This document shows, one piece after another, positions 46,901-55,718 of a stretch of DNA of 64,000 nt. The notes under the pieces are model-generated. The model was not told the DNA's origin. It did no database searches and saw only the letters and a list, made by a program, of their open reading frames with translations. Position 1 is the stretch's first letter, and the number at the start of each line of letters is the position of its first letter. Source of the DNA: Euryarchaeota archaeon UBA443 (lineage in GTDB: Archaea; Thermoplasmatota; Poseidoniia; Poseidoniales; Poseidoniaceae); the NCBI GenBank assembly GCA_002499195.1, contig DAKS01000022.1:2097-66096 (forward strand), written 5' to 3'. A program made the translations under genes and the position numbers.

Positions 46901-47435
46901 CATTGAAGACTTGAAGTTGGATATTGAAGATATCGAGGATCAAATTGCAAATGCAGAAGAAGGTACTGACACTACCTCCCTTGAAGAAACCCTATCCGAA
47001 ATAAAATCTGATTATTCGACGGCTTGTGAAGATCCACGTGCCTCCTGTCCTGCTGAGCAAATACAGTCTGGTGGATCCGCTGAGGAAGTTTCGGATGATA
47101 CTAACTGGATGCTCATCATTGGAATTGTTGTAGGTGTTCTCTTTGTTGCACTCTCTGTTGGATTGATGATGCGCCGTGGAGAGGACAACAAATTCTACGA
47201 ATCTGATGCAACATGGACGCAGAATACACTTCCGATTCATGATACCGTTGCTAATTCTATGTATGGTGGAGCCGCTCCAATCTTCCAACAGCAAATGCCT
47301 CAACCTGTTGCTGCTCCAGCCCCACTGCCAGTTGTTGCAGCAGGGCCTCCACTACCACCCGGCGGCCTACCCGCAGGATGGACAATGGAACAATGGCAAT
47401 ACTACGGTCAACAATATCTTGACCAAATGCAATAG
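43938..47435 (+). CDS. large surface protein: N-terminal anchor, thioredoxin-like domain with CGHC motif, Ig/cadherin-like repeats, TM, Pro-rich / Trp-Tyr cytoplasmic tail
   Basis: Anchor MAFTIIVVFVGSLMAGF. VVFGQYISSDNCGHCSK (CGHC at 44151..44162). Cadherin-like VNPINDAPRLDLTGIEDKPL...LTDVDDP. TM WMLIIGIVVGVLFVALSVGLMM. Tail ends PPLPPGGLPAGWTMEQWQYYGQQYLDQMQ. An alternative start lies at 43959. Confidence 0.8.
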   Translation: MSGSAYIMQISTRTMAFTIIVVFVGSLMAGFTSDYNGIEPEILEEETVVQNPSQATSPGHVVFGQYISSDNCGHCSKTGGGSDAHHSIKQNHPDEYVYVTYMSASYGDTDTARAGNVAPYNWAWSTGGAPDAYFGDRTDKNQGGANSQYTTYDTLFSSGGGMHSSVNDYGMTAAISQSGSSYNIDITYRYTGSGSAAGNMKLYAALVDKDCTGYSYTSGIPHGYNCWMAWLTSGDTYKSKSSGTGSSFISVAPTATSQTESWSSVPSSVVPGGLSKAIVIGVLMTGNQVSAGGTSPHVYHAIDSTMGPKMDLSIPSFTATSPAGASYMRGDTVTLDATVANSGDLEYNSGGLVKFYYVLNGNKNYIGQGTSIGTMATTGSTSSMTAQETFDTSVLPANGWKTVFGVELSTTGESVTSNNQATTDLDHDRPPTSKTPQVIGTTDINRGEYFSVLAKGDADDNVDSIDTMTFDVEISPAGANQWSGDIVTGGQNILYLGSANEGREYSLLPTLDMPAGEYDLRTRAVDARGQTSGWSYTYDAFDLMNAPPSITPNQVSPVPCDVSTKVDMTGIITDPETPLSDLTITSSDAAFVGWHPTTTEVEVFFAWDSVQGCSLGQQGIEISMDDGGDYSAQGELPYGTILFNVLENGQPRWQALPTQIVDEASMGTLSLLPFLSDTDDEGNYVSAEDLALEIVQMSTNDVFDVTLDGTNIVFYTVDDDVNGEVVVTIRASDGEQYADQTLLAKVNPINDAPRLDLTGIEDKPLKLGTQRVINLMALLTDVDDPSNEAFITVSSDEQGAAKYNPIDGTMTLNFQTSGLHTVTMNTIDRYDSNTYTISIDVFDSYPLYITKVDDGSGHFYVEMEDTYIDQIPTANIFLTDSAPTFKSIETTWNICNDETGTCDGLYEENLDITRSMVGWSTELNIPSIFMPGEMARPSGSVYKDYYQLTIKAVDTNDDDYKTIAGVKWNILEELPIPADMDEELLASHIEDLKLDIEDIEDQIANAEEGTDTTSLEETLSEIKSDYSTACEDPRASCPAEQIQSGGSAEEVSDDTNWMLIIGIVVGVLFVALSVGLMMRRGEDNKFYESDATWTQNTLPIHDTVANSMYGGAAPIFQQQMPQPVAAPAPLPVVAAGPPLPPGGLPAGWTMEQWQYYGQQYLDQMQ

Positions 47436-47497
47436 TGAAACCGTACGACCCGTGGCTTATGCTAAAGTCCTAAAGGGGAGGAGAGTGAGGAAACATC

Positions 47498-49534
47498 ATG
47501 TCAGAGGACGAGACAGTTGAGGATGTCATCACCGAAGATGACTCTGAAATGGTCACTGTATGGGCTCCTGAGCCTACAAATGATGGTGATGAAATCCTTT
47601 CCTCGAGCATTGACAAATGGATTGAGGAAGTTAAATTCGAGACGACAGAGGATGTTCCTATTCCTGACCGGCTTGTAGACCAAGTTATCGGGCAAGAAGC
47701 GGGTTCGGTTGTTATTCGAAAAGCTGCTGAACAGCGTCGTCACATGCTTATGATCGGCGATCCAGGAACTGGAAAGTCGATGCTTGCACGGTCGATGACC
47801 GATTTGTTGCCTCAGGATGCTCTTGAAGATGTTCTTGTCTATCCTAATGAAGACGATGAGAATGAGCCACGCGTACGTTCTGTTCCTGCAGGACGTGCGG
47901 AGCGTATTGTACGCATTCAGAAGGAAGCTATACGTGAACAAAAGGAAAAAGCACAACGCATGCTATTGATTGGATTTGGTGCTGTTGCTTTCTTGCTAGT
48001 TATCGTTGCGATTCCTAGTGGTGATATTCTCACTCTGTTATTCGGTATGTTCCTTCTTATGTTTGGATACATGTTTATTCGAAGTCGACTAGGTTCTGGA
48101 GATGAAGGTAGAATTCCAAAGGTATTGGTCAAGCATGAGATTGATGATCGTCCACCATTTGTTGATGCAACAGCGACCCTTTCTGGATCTCTTTTGGGTG
48201 ATGTACGTCACGACCCATTCCAATCCGGAGGAATGGAAACACCTGCTCACGATCGAGTCGAGCCAGGAGCAATTCATCGTGCCAACAAAGGTGTTCTTTA
48301 CATCGATGAGATAAATCTTCTACGTCTTGAGGAACAACAAGCACTCCTAACCGCTATGCAAGAGCGTGCCTTCCCAATTTCTGGTCGTTCGGAGCGATCT
48401 TCAGGCGCATTGACAAAATCCGAACCAGTTCCTTGTGATTTTATCCTCATTGCAGCAGGTAATCTCGATGCGATTCAAGGAATGCATCCAGCACTTCGAA
48501 GCCGTATTCGCGGATATGGTTACGAAGTTTACGTAAATTCAGAGATGCCAGATAACAACCGTAACCGAAAGCGTCTCATTCGATTTATTGCACAAGAAGT
48601 TATCCGAGATATGGGAAGTACACGTGAAATCCCTCACTTTGACAAGTCTGGTGTTGCCCTGATTCTCCGTGAAGCACAACGTCGAGCAGGACGTCGTGGA
48701 AAACTTTCACTACGTCTTCGCGAATTGGGTGGTTTGGTGAGAATCGCTGGTGATTTAGCCGCAGAAGATGGTGCTCCATACGTGACCGATGCTCACGTCC
48801 TAGCAGCACGTTCCATTGCAAAACCATTGGAGCAGCAAGTTGCTGATCGAATGATTGAGCGTCGTCTGGACTATGCTCTTGTTGTTAATTCAGGAAACCG
48901 TGTTGGGCGCGTTAATGGTCTTGCAGTTCTTGGTGCGAATTCAGGGTTGTCCGACTTTTCAGGAATTATGCTACCCGTTGAGGCGCTTGTTACTCCTTCT
49001 CAAGGTGGTGGTGGAAAAATCCATGCTACTGGTGGATTGAGTGATCTTGCGAAAGAGAGCGTCACCAATGTAAGTGCAGTCATCAAGAAACTCACAGGAA
49101 AAGATGTATCTGATTATGATATTCATATTCAATTCGTTGATACACATGGTGTCGATGGTGATTCAGCATCTATTACTATCGCAACTGCAATCATCTCTGC
49201 GCTTGAGAACATCCCAATCAAGCAAAACCTTGCTATGACAGGGTCGCTATCGGTTCGTGGTGAAGTTCTCCCTATTGGAGGGGTTACTGCAAAGATTGAG
49301 GCTGCAGCTCGAGTAGGCGTCAAGACCGTGGTGATTCCTCGCTCGAACATGCAAGATGTTTTGCTTGACGAGCAGTTTGAGGGTCATGTCGAAGTTATTG
49401 CTGTTGATACACTGGATGAAGTTATGGAACATGCACTGATTACACATGACCAGAAGCAAAGTCTCGTCGAACGTCTCGGTTCCATTATCGATCGTTTGAC
49501 ACCAGATCTATCAGGCCCAACAACGACCATTTGA
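47498..49534 (+). CDS. lonB: archaeal membrane-bound Lon protease (LonB)
   Basis: Walker [14 protein letters not shown] insertion sits within the AAA domain ([17 protein letters not shown]...[15 protein letters not shown]). The protease domain has Ser in [11 protein letters not shown] and Lys in [10 protein letters not shown]. Confidence 0.9.
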   Translation: MSEDETVEDVITEDDSEMVTVWAPEPTNDGDEILSSSIDKWIEEVKFETTEDVPIPDRLVDQVIGQEAGSVVIRKAAEQRRHMLMIGDPGTGKSMLARSMTDLLPQDALEDVLVYPNEDDENEPRVRSVPAGRAERIVRIQKEAIREQKEKAQRMLLIGFGAVAFLLVIVAIPSGDILTLLFGMFLLMFGYMFIRSRLGSGDEGRIPKVLVKHEIDDRPPFVDATATLSGSLLGDVRHDPFQSGGMETPAHDRVEPGAIHRANKGVLYIDEINLLRLEEQQALLTAMQERAFPISGRSERSSGALTKSEPVPCDFILIAAGNLDAIQGMHPALRSRIRGYGYEVYVNSEMPDNNRNRKRLIRFIAQEVIRDMGSTREIPHFDKSGVALILREAQRRAGRRGKLSLRLRELGGLVRIAGDLAAEDGAPYVTDAHVLAARSIAKPLEQQVADRMIERRLDYALVVNSGNRVGRVNGLAVLGANSGLSDFSGIMLPVEALVTPSQGGGGKIHATGGLSDLAKESVTNVSAVIKKLTGKDVSDYDIHIQFVDTHGVDGDSASITIATAIISALENIPIKQNLAMTGSLSVRGEVLPIGGVTAKIEAAARVGVKTVVIPRSNMQDVLLDEQFEGHVEVIAVDTLDEVMEHALITHDQKQSLVERLGSIIDRLTPDLSGPTTTI

Positions 49535-49562
49535 GCCTTGATTTGAAGCATGACTTCAAAGA

Positions 49563-50933
49563 GTGGATGCTCTCCAGCGGTTTATGGATGAAGAGGCAAA
49601 TCCATCCTCTGGGTTGGATGCTGGAAAAGGCGCCTTAGTCGTCCTCTTTCTTGTTACCATGATCGATATGATTGGATTTGGAATCGTTATTCCGTTTCTA
49701 ACCTATCTTGTCGAAGATTTGGCTATTGATCAAAATATCACTGCTATTGGCCTATGGGTCGGTTTGTTGATGACTTCCTATTCTGCAGCACAGTTCTTGT
49801 TTTCTCCAATATGGGGTGGCCTTAGTGATCGTATCGGTAGGCGCCCTGTCCTAATGATTGGACTTGTTGGAAATACGATCTTTTTCACTATGTTTGGTCT
49901 TGCAAGTACTTTGTTGATGGCTCTTGCAGCTAGATTCATGGCAGGTGTTTTCAATGGAAACATTGCAGTTGCTCGAGCGTATATTGGTGATGTAAGCACT
50001 CCTAAACAACTCGCAAGCCGAATGGGACTTATCGGTGCAGCATTTGGTCTTGGATTCACCATCGGTCCTTTCCTTGGTGGTGAGTTATCTTCTCCTGCAG
50101 AACGCTGGGATCTCTTCGTAGGTACAATTTTTGAAACCCACCCCTATCTTCTTCCTTGTATTCTTGCAAGCGTTCTCTCCATATTCTCATTAATTCTAGC
50201 GTTCAGATATCTTCCCGAATCGCTTGAAACAGAATCTCGTTCAAAGCGTACAACAACACAGAAGTGGAGTACGATCATGAAGCATACTGCTTCCAATGTC
50301 AAGCGTATGCTTGCAACAAAGAACATCGGTTCTCTGATGTGGGTTACATTCCTGTACATGTTTGGATTTACTGTGATGCATGCGGTCTTCATCCTTTTCA
50401 CACAAATGGATCCTACACAAGGTGGTCTAGGATTTAGTGAGGCTGACAATGGGCGAATCTTTGCTCTCATTGGAATACTTGGAATTGTTACCCAAGGGGG
50501 TCTTATAGGGCCTTTAACTCGAAAATATGGCTCCATGTTCATTCTACGATTCGGAACAATTCTATCAGGAATTGGCCTTGTTTTGATTCCATATTCGAGT
50601 TTGGATTTTGTTTGGGCTTGGATGGCCATTATCACTGGATGCATTGCAATCGGAAACGGATTGTTCCAACCGTCGTCAAGTACAATCCTTACCTCATTGG
50701 CACGACAAGATGATTATGAATTGGGAGCGGTTATGGGTTCGCAAGAATCTCTCTCATCGTTTGCTCGAATTCTAGGTCCATTAACAGGTGGATATGTTTG
50801 GACGATTACAGTCGAGAGAAGTGGATTCTTTGACTATCATACCGCGTTTCATATTTGTGGAGTTTTGATGATGCTTGCATTCTTACTTTCGTTCAAAGTC
50901 AAATTCAAAACTACGGAACAACCATCACAATAA
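49563..50933 (+). CDS. MFS transporter (drug:H+ antiporter-like)
   Basis: About 12 TM helices and MFS motif A GGLSDRIGRRPVL. GTG start at 49563; an alternative ATG lies at 49584. Confidence 0.8.
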   Translation: MDALQRFMDEEANPSSGLDAGKGALVVLFLVTMIDMIGFGIVIPFLTYLVEDLAIDQNITAIGLWVGLLMTSYSAAQFLFSPIWGGLSDRIGRRPVLMIGLVGNTIFFTMFGLASTLLMALAARFMAGVFNGNIAVARAYIGDVSTPKQLASRMGLIGAAFGLGFTIGPFLGGELSSPAERWDLFVGTIFETHPYLLPCILASVLSIFSLILAFRYLPESLETESRSKRTTTQKWSTIMKHTASNVKRMLATKNIGSLMWVTFLYMFGFTVMHAVFILFTQMDPTQGGLGFSEADNGRIFALIGILGIVTQGGLIGPLTRKYGSMFILRFGTILSGIGLVLIPYSSLDFVWAWMAIITGCIAIGNGLFQPSSSTILTSLARQDDYELGAVMGSQESLSSFARILGPLTGGYVWTITVERSGFFDYHTAFHICGVLMMLAFLLSFKVKFKTTEQPSQ

Positions 50934-50963
50934 ATTCAAACGTGAAGTAGAAGAGTATGTCAC

Positions 50964-52391
50964 ATGGACGGGCAAGAATCTGTGTTTGATAACGATACCT
51001 TCCACAAGCGTCTGGGTGCACTTGCCTTTGCAGCAATCCTTCTCACACTTCTAACGATCTGGATGATTGAACTGAAAGGTATATTCCAACCGTTTTTCAT
51101 TGCACTGGGCATCTACTTTGTTCTCAAACCAGGTGCAGACTATCTCTCTAAGAATGGCTTTCCTATTGGTTTGTCTTATCTTACGATGCTGCTCTCAGCC
51201 TTCTTGGTTATCGTTGCAGCAGGATATCTTGCGTTTGATCAAGTCAGTGACCTTGCAGACAATGAAGATCGAATAAAGGAGTACAATCAGAAATTGGACA
51301 AGCGTTGGAATCAATTAAAAGGAACTCCAATGATTGGTTCATCGATTACAGAATCGTTGAATTCGAGCAATGGAACCTTCACTGAAGACCTTGCTGAAAT
51401 GGGTCTAATATCCGATGATTCAGGGATTGCAGATCTTGCTGGTGGAGTTGTTTCCAGTGTTGGTAGTTTACTGGGTATGGGTCTTACCGTGACCTTTTTC
51501 CTGATTTTCATTATTTTTGAAGCGAACTTCTTGCCAGGACGTATCGAACGTGCATGGCCAGGTGGTGTATCCGGTCGAGTTCAGGATATGCAAATTCAAA
51601 TTCAAGAGAGTATCAACAAATATGTTATCGTCAAAACAGGTGTTGGTTTAGGTACAGCTGGTATCACTGCTATCGTTTTGTTCATATTTGGAATTGATCT
51701 CTGGTTCACTTGGGCTTTGTTGACATTTATTCTCAATTATGTTCCATACATCGGTTCATTGATTGCAACCATACCTCCATTGATTCTAGGATTTGTTACA
51801 CTCTCTCCGGTTGCTTGGCTTGTAATGTTGATACTTCTCGTCTCAAACCAACAATTGTGGGGAAGCATCATTGAGACTAAATGGGCGGGTCGTGCATTGG
51901 ATATTTCCCCCGTATTGCTTCTTCTAACAACGGCTTATTCTTATTGGGTATGGGGTATACTTGGAATGGTACTCGTAGTTCCATTCACGGTTATTTTCAA
52001 GATTGTTCTTGAGAATATCGAACCAACCCGTCCAATTGCAATCTTGCTCGCAGAACGTGCACCTTCGATCGATGAAGCATGGAGAGAGGCTATGAAAGAT
52101 GGACGAATTTCCAGTCATGAAAGTCGATCATTGGATGAACTGCAGAGAATTCTTGGTTTGAGCGATCTGCAAATGACGAAAGTAGCAGCTAAGCATGCAA
52201 TTGAACGTTCACTAAAGCGAAATAGAATCACTTCTGAACAATTCACGTACATCAAAGATGCTGCATCATTGTATGACAATGATGCGTATTTCTTACAACT
52301 GAACAATATCGACGTAGAATCCGGTCGCTTGAAGAAATCCAACAGGACTGTACTAAAGTCGATGTATGAGCGTCTCGAAGAAGAAGAGTAA
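50964..52391 (+). CDS. AI-2E (PerM/UPF0118) family transporter with a roughly 120-aa cytoplasmic C-terminal extension
   Basis: Multi-pass membrane protein with the family-typical block LNYVPYIGSLIATIPP. A charged helical tail follows about residue 355. Confidence 0.7.
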   Translation: MDGQESVFDNDTFHKRLGALAFAAILLTLLTIWMIELKGIFQPFFIALGIYFVLKPGADYLSKNGFPIGLSYLTMLLSAFLVIVAAGYLAFDQVSDLADNEDRIKEYNQKLDKRWNQLKGTPMIGSSITESLNSSNGTFTEDLAEMGLISDDSGIADLAGGVVSSVGSLLGMGLTVTFFLIFIIFEANFLPGRIERAWPGGVSGRVQDMQIQIQESINKYVIVKTGVGLGTAGITAIVLFIFGIDLWFTWALLTFILNYVPYIGSLIATIPPLILGFVTLSPVAWLVMLILLVSNQQLWGSIIETKWAGRALDISPVLLLLTTAYSYWVWGILGMVLVVPFTVIFKIVLENIEPTRPIAILLAERAPSIDEAWREAMKDGRISSHESRSLDELQRILGLSDLQMTKVAAKHAIERSLKRNRITSEQFTYIKDAASLYDNDAYFLQLNNIDVESGRLKKSNRTVLKSMYERLEEEE

Positions 52392-52661
52392 TCACAGAAT
52401 ATCTGTAAGAATCTTTTCGAGTTCAGTATTGATCATAAGAATAAGCGTTCCAAATTCTGGAGGGATGTTTGGATCTTCGTAAAGTTCCTCAAGTTTTGAT
52501 TGCGACATAGCGATACGTATGTCGAGTTTCTTATCCTTGTTCAACAACCAATTGTCACAGGTTTCCTTTGCCTGCTTACGGATGTTTCGTGGTACTTTTG
52601 GGTCATCGATTTGATTGATGACAGTAGCGACTTGTTGTAGCCTTGTTTCGACGTCCATCAT
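52392..52661 (-). CDS. UPF0147 family small archaeal protein
   Basis: 89 aa. INQIDDPKVPRNIRKQAKET and LYEDPNIPPEFGT match the conserved VPRNIR and DPNMP blocks remembered for UPF0147. Confidence 0.65.
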   Translation of the reverse strand: MMDVETRLQQVATVINQIDDPKVPRNIRKQAKETCDNWLLNKDKKLDIRIAMSQSKLEELYEDPNIPPEFGTLILMINTELEKILTDIL

Positions 52662-52675
52662 TACAACACCTCATA

Positions 52676-53737
52676 ATGCCCAGTAATGATGCCTTGGCGT
52701 GGGCCGTCTTTAAGGTCATTGGCGACATGGACTCTACTATGGATGTCGATTCAGACCACATTCTGGGGTGGACTCGAATGGGTGTTCTCATGTTATGCAT
52801 GGGATGGGCTGCATGGTTTGACCACAAAGAGCGAAGAGTTTCCAATGAGCACTGGATTGTGTGGTCAAAACCAATTGTTTTCATTTGGTCATTGGATCTT
52901 CTTATTCAACAACCTCATTGGTCGGTGTGGCTAACTGTTTCAGCACTTCTCGCTTATGCTAGTGGTTCGGTCATTGGGCGACCAACGGTTCGCGATGCAC
53001 GAAGAGGCGATCGAGTAGATCAATTCGTGCTTGTTTGGTACCTGTTGTCAGCAATTGGTATCATCGCAGCAGCGGTTCGTTTCTCATCGACATCACCTCT
53101 CGACGTATTGGTAGGAGATGCATCCTCAGAGGCAACGTTATGGTGGTCGTATATTGGTGCCTTGTTCACACTGTTTGTCATCGATTTAGCGTGGAGATTC
53201 CGATTCATTCACGGTGGTGCAGATGCAAAAGCTCTGATGTGGGTTACACTTCTTTTCCCTTCTTGGGATGCAGTACCAGTTCACTTTACAACTTCGATGG
53301 ATGAAATAATACTACACTTACCACCATCATTGAGTTTGCTGATTTGGGGTGGATTCTTGTTCATTCTCATTCCATTCGTTCTTCTTGTACGGAACACAAT
53401 TTCAGGTTCCGTGAAAAGCTTCTCCGACTTGACAATGTCTTGGATGGCTTTGTCTATTCCATTGAATTCAGTTCATGGACGCCATGTATGGATTCTTACC
53501 GATACTATGGAAATGCCAAATGGTGAAACGATTCTTAATCACAGGAAACGCGCACCTAGGAGAACACCTAGTGACGAAGAGTTGAACGAACATATCGAAC
53601 GATTGGAAGCATTTGGAGCAGAACGAATCTGGGTCAGTTTGAAACTACCACTTCTGTTATTCTTATTCCCAGCAATCGCTCCATTGTGGTTGATTGGAGA
53701 TCCAATGGCAGCAATACTGCCCTTGATTTTACCTTGA
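52676..53737 (+). CDS. A24-family aspartic peptidase (archaeal prepilin/preflagellin peptidase-like)
   Basis: Polytopic membrane protein. The first Asp context is WFDHKERRVSNEHW and the second is IHGGADAKALMWV (GxGDxK-like). The TTG ORF start at 52643 overlaps the divergent gene, so the ATG at 52676 is preferred. Confidence 0.65.
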   Translation: MPSNDALAWAVFKVIGDMDSTMDVDSDHILGWTRMGVLMLCMGWAAWFDHKERRVSNEHWIVWSKPIVFIWSLDLLIQQPHWSVWLTVSALLAYASGSVIGRPTVRDARRGDRVDQFVLVWYLLSAIGIIAAAVRFSSTSPLDVLVGDASSEATLWWSYIGALFTLFVIDLAWRFRFIHGGADAKALMWVTLLFPSWDAVPVHFTTSMDEIILHLPPSLSLLIWGGFLFILIPFVLLVRNTISGSVKSFSDLTMSWMALSIPLNSVHGRHVWILTDTMEMPNGETILNHRKRAPRRTPSDEELNEHIERLEAFGAERIWVSLKLPLLLFLFPAIAPLWLIGDPMAAILPLILP

Positions 53738-53740
53738 AAA

Positions 53741-53890
53741 TCAGATACCCTTTCGCTCGATGTTCTTCCAGCGAAGACCTTTGTAGCCACACTTTCGGCA
53801 GCGTACGGCACGCGCAGCATTTCGAGCATTACACTTCATGCAGATTTTGCGATGAAGCATACGAGCCTCAGCCTCAGGGAATCGTGCCAT
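53741..53890 (-). CDS. rpl40e: 50S ribosomal protein L40e (49 aa; too short to appear in the supplied ORF track)
   Basis: Manual translation of the minus strand gives [49 protein letters not shown]. It carries the L40e CxxC...CxxC zinc ribbon and the [11 protein letters not shown]-terminus. Confidence 0.85.
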   Translation of the reverse strand: MARFPEAEARMLHRKICMKCNARNAARAVRCRKCGYKGLRWKNIERKGI

Positions 53891-53933
53891 GGCCTTGCGA
53901 CCGACTTCCTCTATTTAATCGCAACCACCAGAT

Positions 53934-54773
53934 TTGAGAAATCTCGATGCCATGGTTCAAACACTTGAGGCAATAGCGTATCCTATGCGCATCGTACGCC
54001 TTCCAGGGATTCATCACGATGCGAACGCAGTCTTATTGATGGGGGTCACTGAGGCAGTCCTCATCGATTCAGGTACTGCTTGGTACCAATTGCTTCAACA
54101 GGAACGTATCGTTGGTCAATTGGGAGATGATGTGGTACTTCGAGAGATTTTCCTAACCTCTCGACGTTATCCATTCAGTGGAGGTTGTTTGTCAATCTCG
54201 CAGCATTTTGGCGAGACTCCAATTTCAGTACATTCCTCAGCAGTATCATCTCTTGCAACTGGTGATTTCTTTACAACTTGGGCTAATAGATTCGATTCGG
54301 ATATGCCGGTTGTTAACGCACAAGAATTAGATTTGGGTCAACAAGTCCTTCTCGATGATGAAGAAATTGAAATTATTGAAGCCCCCGGACCAAGCAGTTG
54401 TAATCTATTGGTCCACATTCCTTCGGCCAAGACGGTTATCGCCGGCGCTTTGCTTCCCAGAGCAGATCGTCTGATGAGATGGGATGTGCCTACGGGAAAT
54501 CTGATTCTTGGTAAAGAAAGTCTCGAGAAACTACTTGCATTAGGCACTGAAAAGTTGATACCGATGCATGGGCCAAGTCTTCAAGGTCATGATCATATCT
54601 CTGAAACCATCCAACGTCACATAAAGATGCTTGAGGATATTATCGAGAAGCAAGGAGTTATTCCTCAATCTTGGCTAAAACCGACTCATACTTCACTTTG
54701 GCACGAACCTGTACCTGCTTGGCCACGTCAAGAGCAAGAAACGAATCAAGCCGATGGTAACAGCCGTAACTGA
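53934..54773 (+). CDS. metallo-beta-lactamase-fold protein with degenerate metal-binding motifs
   Basis: The MBL-like block order is kept, but ligand positions differ: AVLIDSGTA, then IFLTSRRYPFSGG in place of THxHxDHxGG, APGPSSC in place of PGHTxG, and PMHGPS retained. TTG start; an alternative ATG lies at 53952. Confidence 0.45.
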   Translation: MRNLDAMVQTLEAIAYPMRIVRLPGIHHDANAVLLMGVTEAVLIDSGTAWYQLLQQERIVGQLGDDVVLREIFLTSRRYPFSGGCLSISQHFGETPISVHSSAVSSLATGDFFTTWANRFDSDMPVVNAQELDLGQQVLLDDEEIEIIEAPGPSSCNLLVHIPSAKTVIAGALLPRADRLMRWDVPTGNLILGKESLEKLLALGTEKLIPMHGPSLQGHDHISETIQRHIKMLEDIIEKQGVIPQSWLKPTHTSLWHEPVPAWPRQEQETNQADGNSRN

Positions 54774-55339
54774 GCTTCGGCCTTACGCCGTTGTGCTTCC
54801 AATGCTTTTCGCTCACGCATTCGACGCAACATGAGATTGTCTCCAAATGAACTGGATGCATCATTTGAGTTCGAGAGACTACCATCCCAATCATACACAC
54901 ATTGTTCCCAACCGGATTGAATCCGGATGGTTTTTCTTTCCACGCGGATGGATGAAATCGATCGATTTGTTTCGAACATGAGGGTCGTTTTTCCTTTCTC
55001 GTTTACACTTAGAATACGACCCTTCGCATCGGCTATGAGAAGCATTCCTTGTTCCGTCATACACATTGCCCGCAAAGGAGCATCACTTACCGACACGGTA
55101 TTGGATGATATGAAATCAGGGAATTCAATGATATGTAACTGCCCAAGTTTGTCTCCAACATAGAGTCTGGAAACGGTAACATCATTTTCTTTTACACCTA
55201 GAAGTGCGGTCGCGGCGGTTCTCAAATGTAGGGTTCTTCGTGCAGAAGGGGTCTCCCAGACGATCAATCCATCACTCATGGCAAGGTAGGTTCCTTGTTC
55301 CGTTACGAGACTTCGCACGGTAGTTCTGTTGTTACGCAT
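54746..55339 (-). CDS. hypothetical beta-rich protein with basic coiled C-terminal tail
   Basis: 197-aa ORF on the same strand as tfb and downstream of it. The tail is RRMRERKALEAQRRKAEAQLR. No recognisable motif. Confidence 0.4.
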   Translation of the reverse strand: MRNNRTTVRSLVTEQGTYLAMSDGLIVWETPSARRTLHLRTAATALLGVKENDVTVSRLYVGDKLGQLHIIEFPDFISSNTVSVSDAPLRAMCMTEQGMLLIADAKGRILSVNEKGKTTLMFETNRSISSIRVERKTIRIQSGWEQCVYDWDGSLSNSNDASSSFGDNLMLRRMRERKALEAQRRKAEAQLRLLPSA

Positions 55340-55406
55340 ACCTTGTTGCTGAGTGCAGTCGGTATACCTGATTTATCTTGAGGCGAAAGTAAAAGTGAAA
55401 GTGAAA

Positions 55407-55685
55407 TCAGTACATGTCGTCGTTCTTGTTTTCCTTCTTCCATGCCCGGTAGCAGGATTTACACACTCGAACTCGACCTTTGGTGGAAACAAAGTTTCCA
55501 GATCCCCACATCTCTGTTGAATCATCGAATGAGAGGGAGCGACCACCAAGTTTTTTGTCAGCGAACCGTTCGCACGATTTCACTGCACAAGGAAGTTCTC
55601 CAGAACCTGATTTCTTTTTTTCAGCCCCATCTTCAGCGGCTTTGGATTTGTTCTTACGGGCTTTGGCCTTGAATCCCATATCCAT
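55407..55685 (-). CDS. small basic zinc-ribbon protein
   Basis: 92 aa. Lys-rich N-terminus (KAKARKNKSKAA..KKKS), then CAVKSC ... CKSC. It begins 33 nt downstream of the tfb stop on the same strand. Confidence 0.5.
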   Translation of the reverse strand: MDMGFKAKARKNKSKAAEDGAEKKKSGSGELPCAVKSCERFADKKLGGRSLSFDDSTEMWGSGNFVSTKGRVRVCKSCYRAWKKENKNDDMY

Positions 55686-55718
55686 TCCAAAGAATGATGC
55701 TTCAAGAAACTTAGGGTC

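Noticed and set aside
53539-53829. 96-aa minus-strand ORF overlapping the end of the A24 peptidase gene
   Set aside because: It is in a different frame from the clear L40e gene (53741..53890) and has no motif. It is explained as a shadow ORF.
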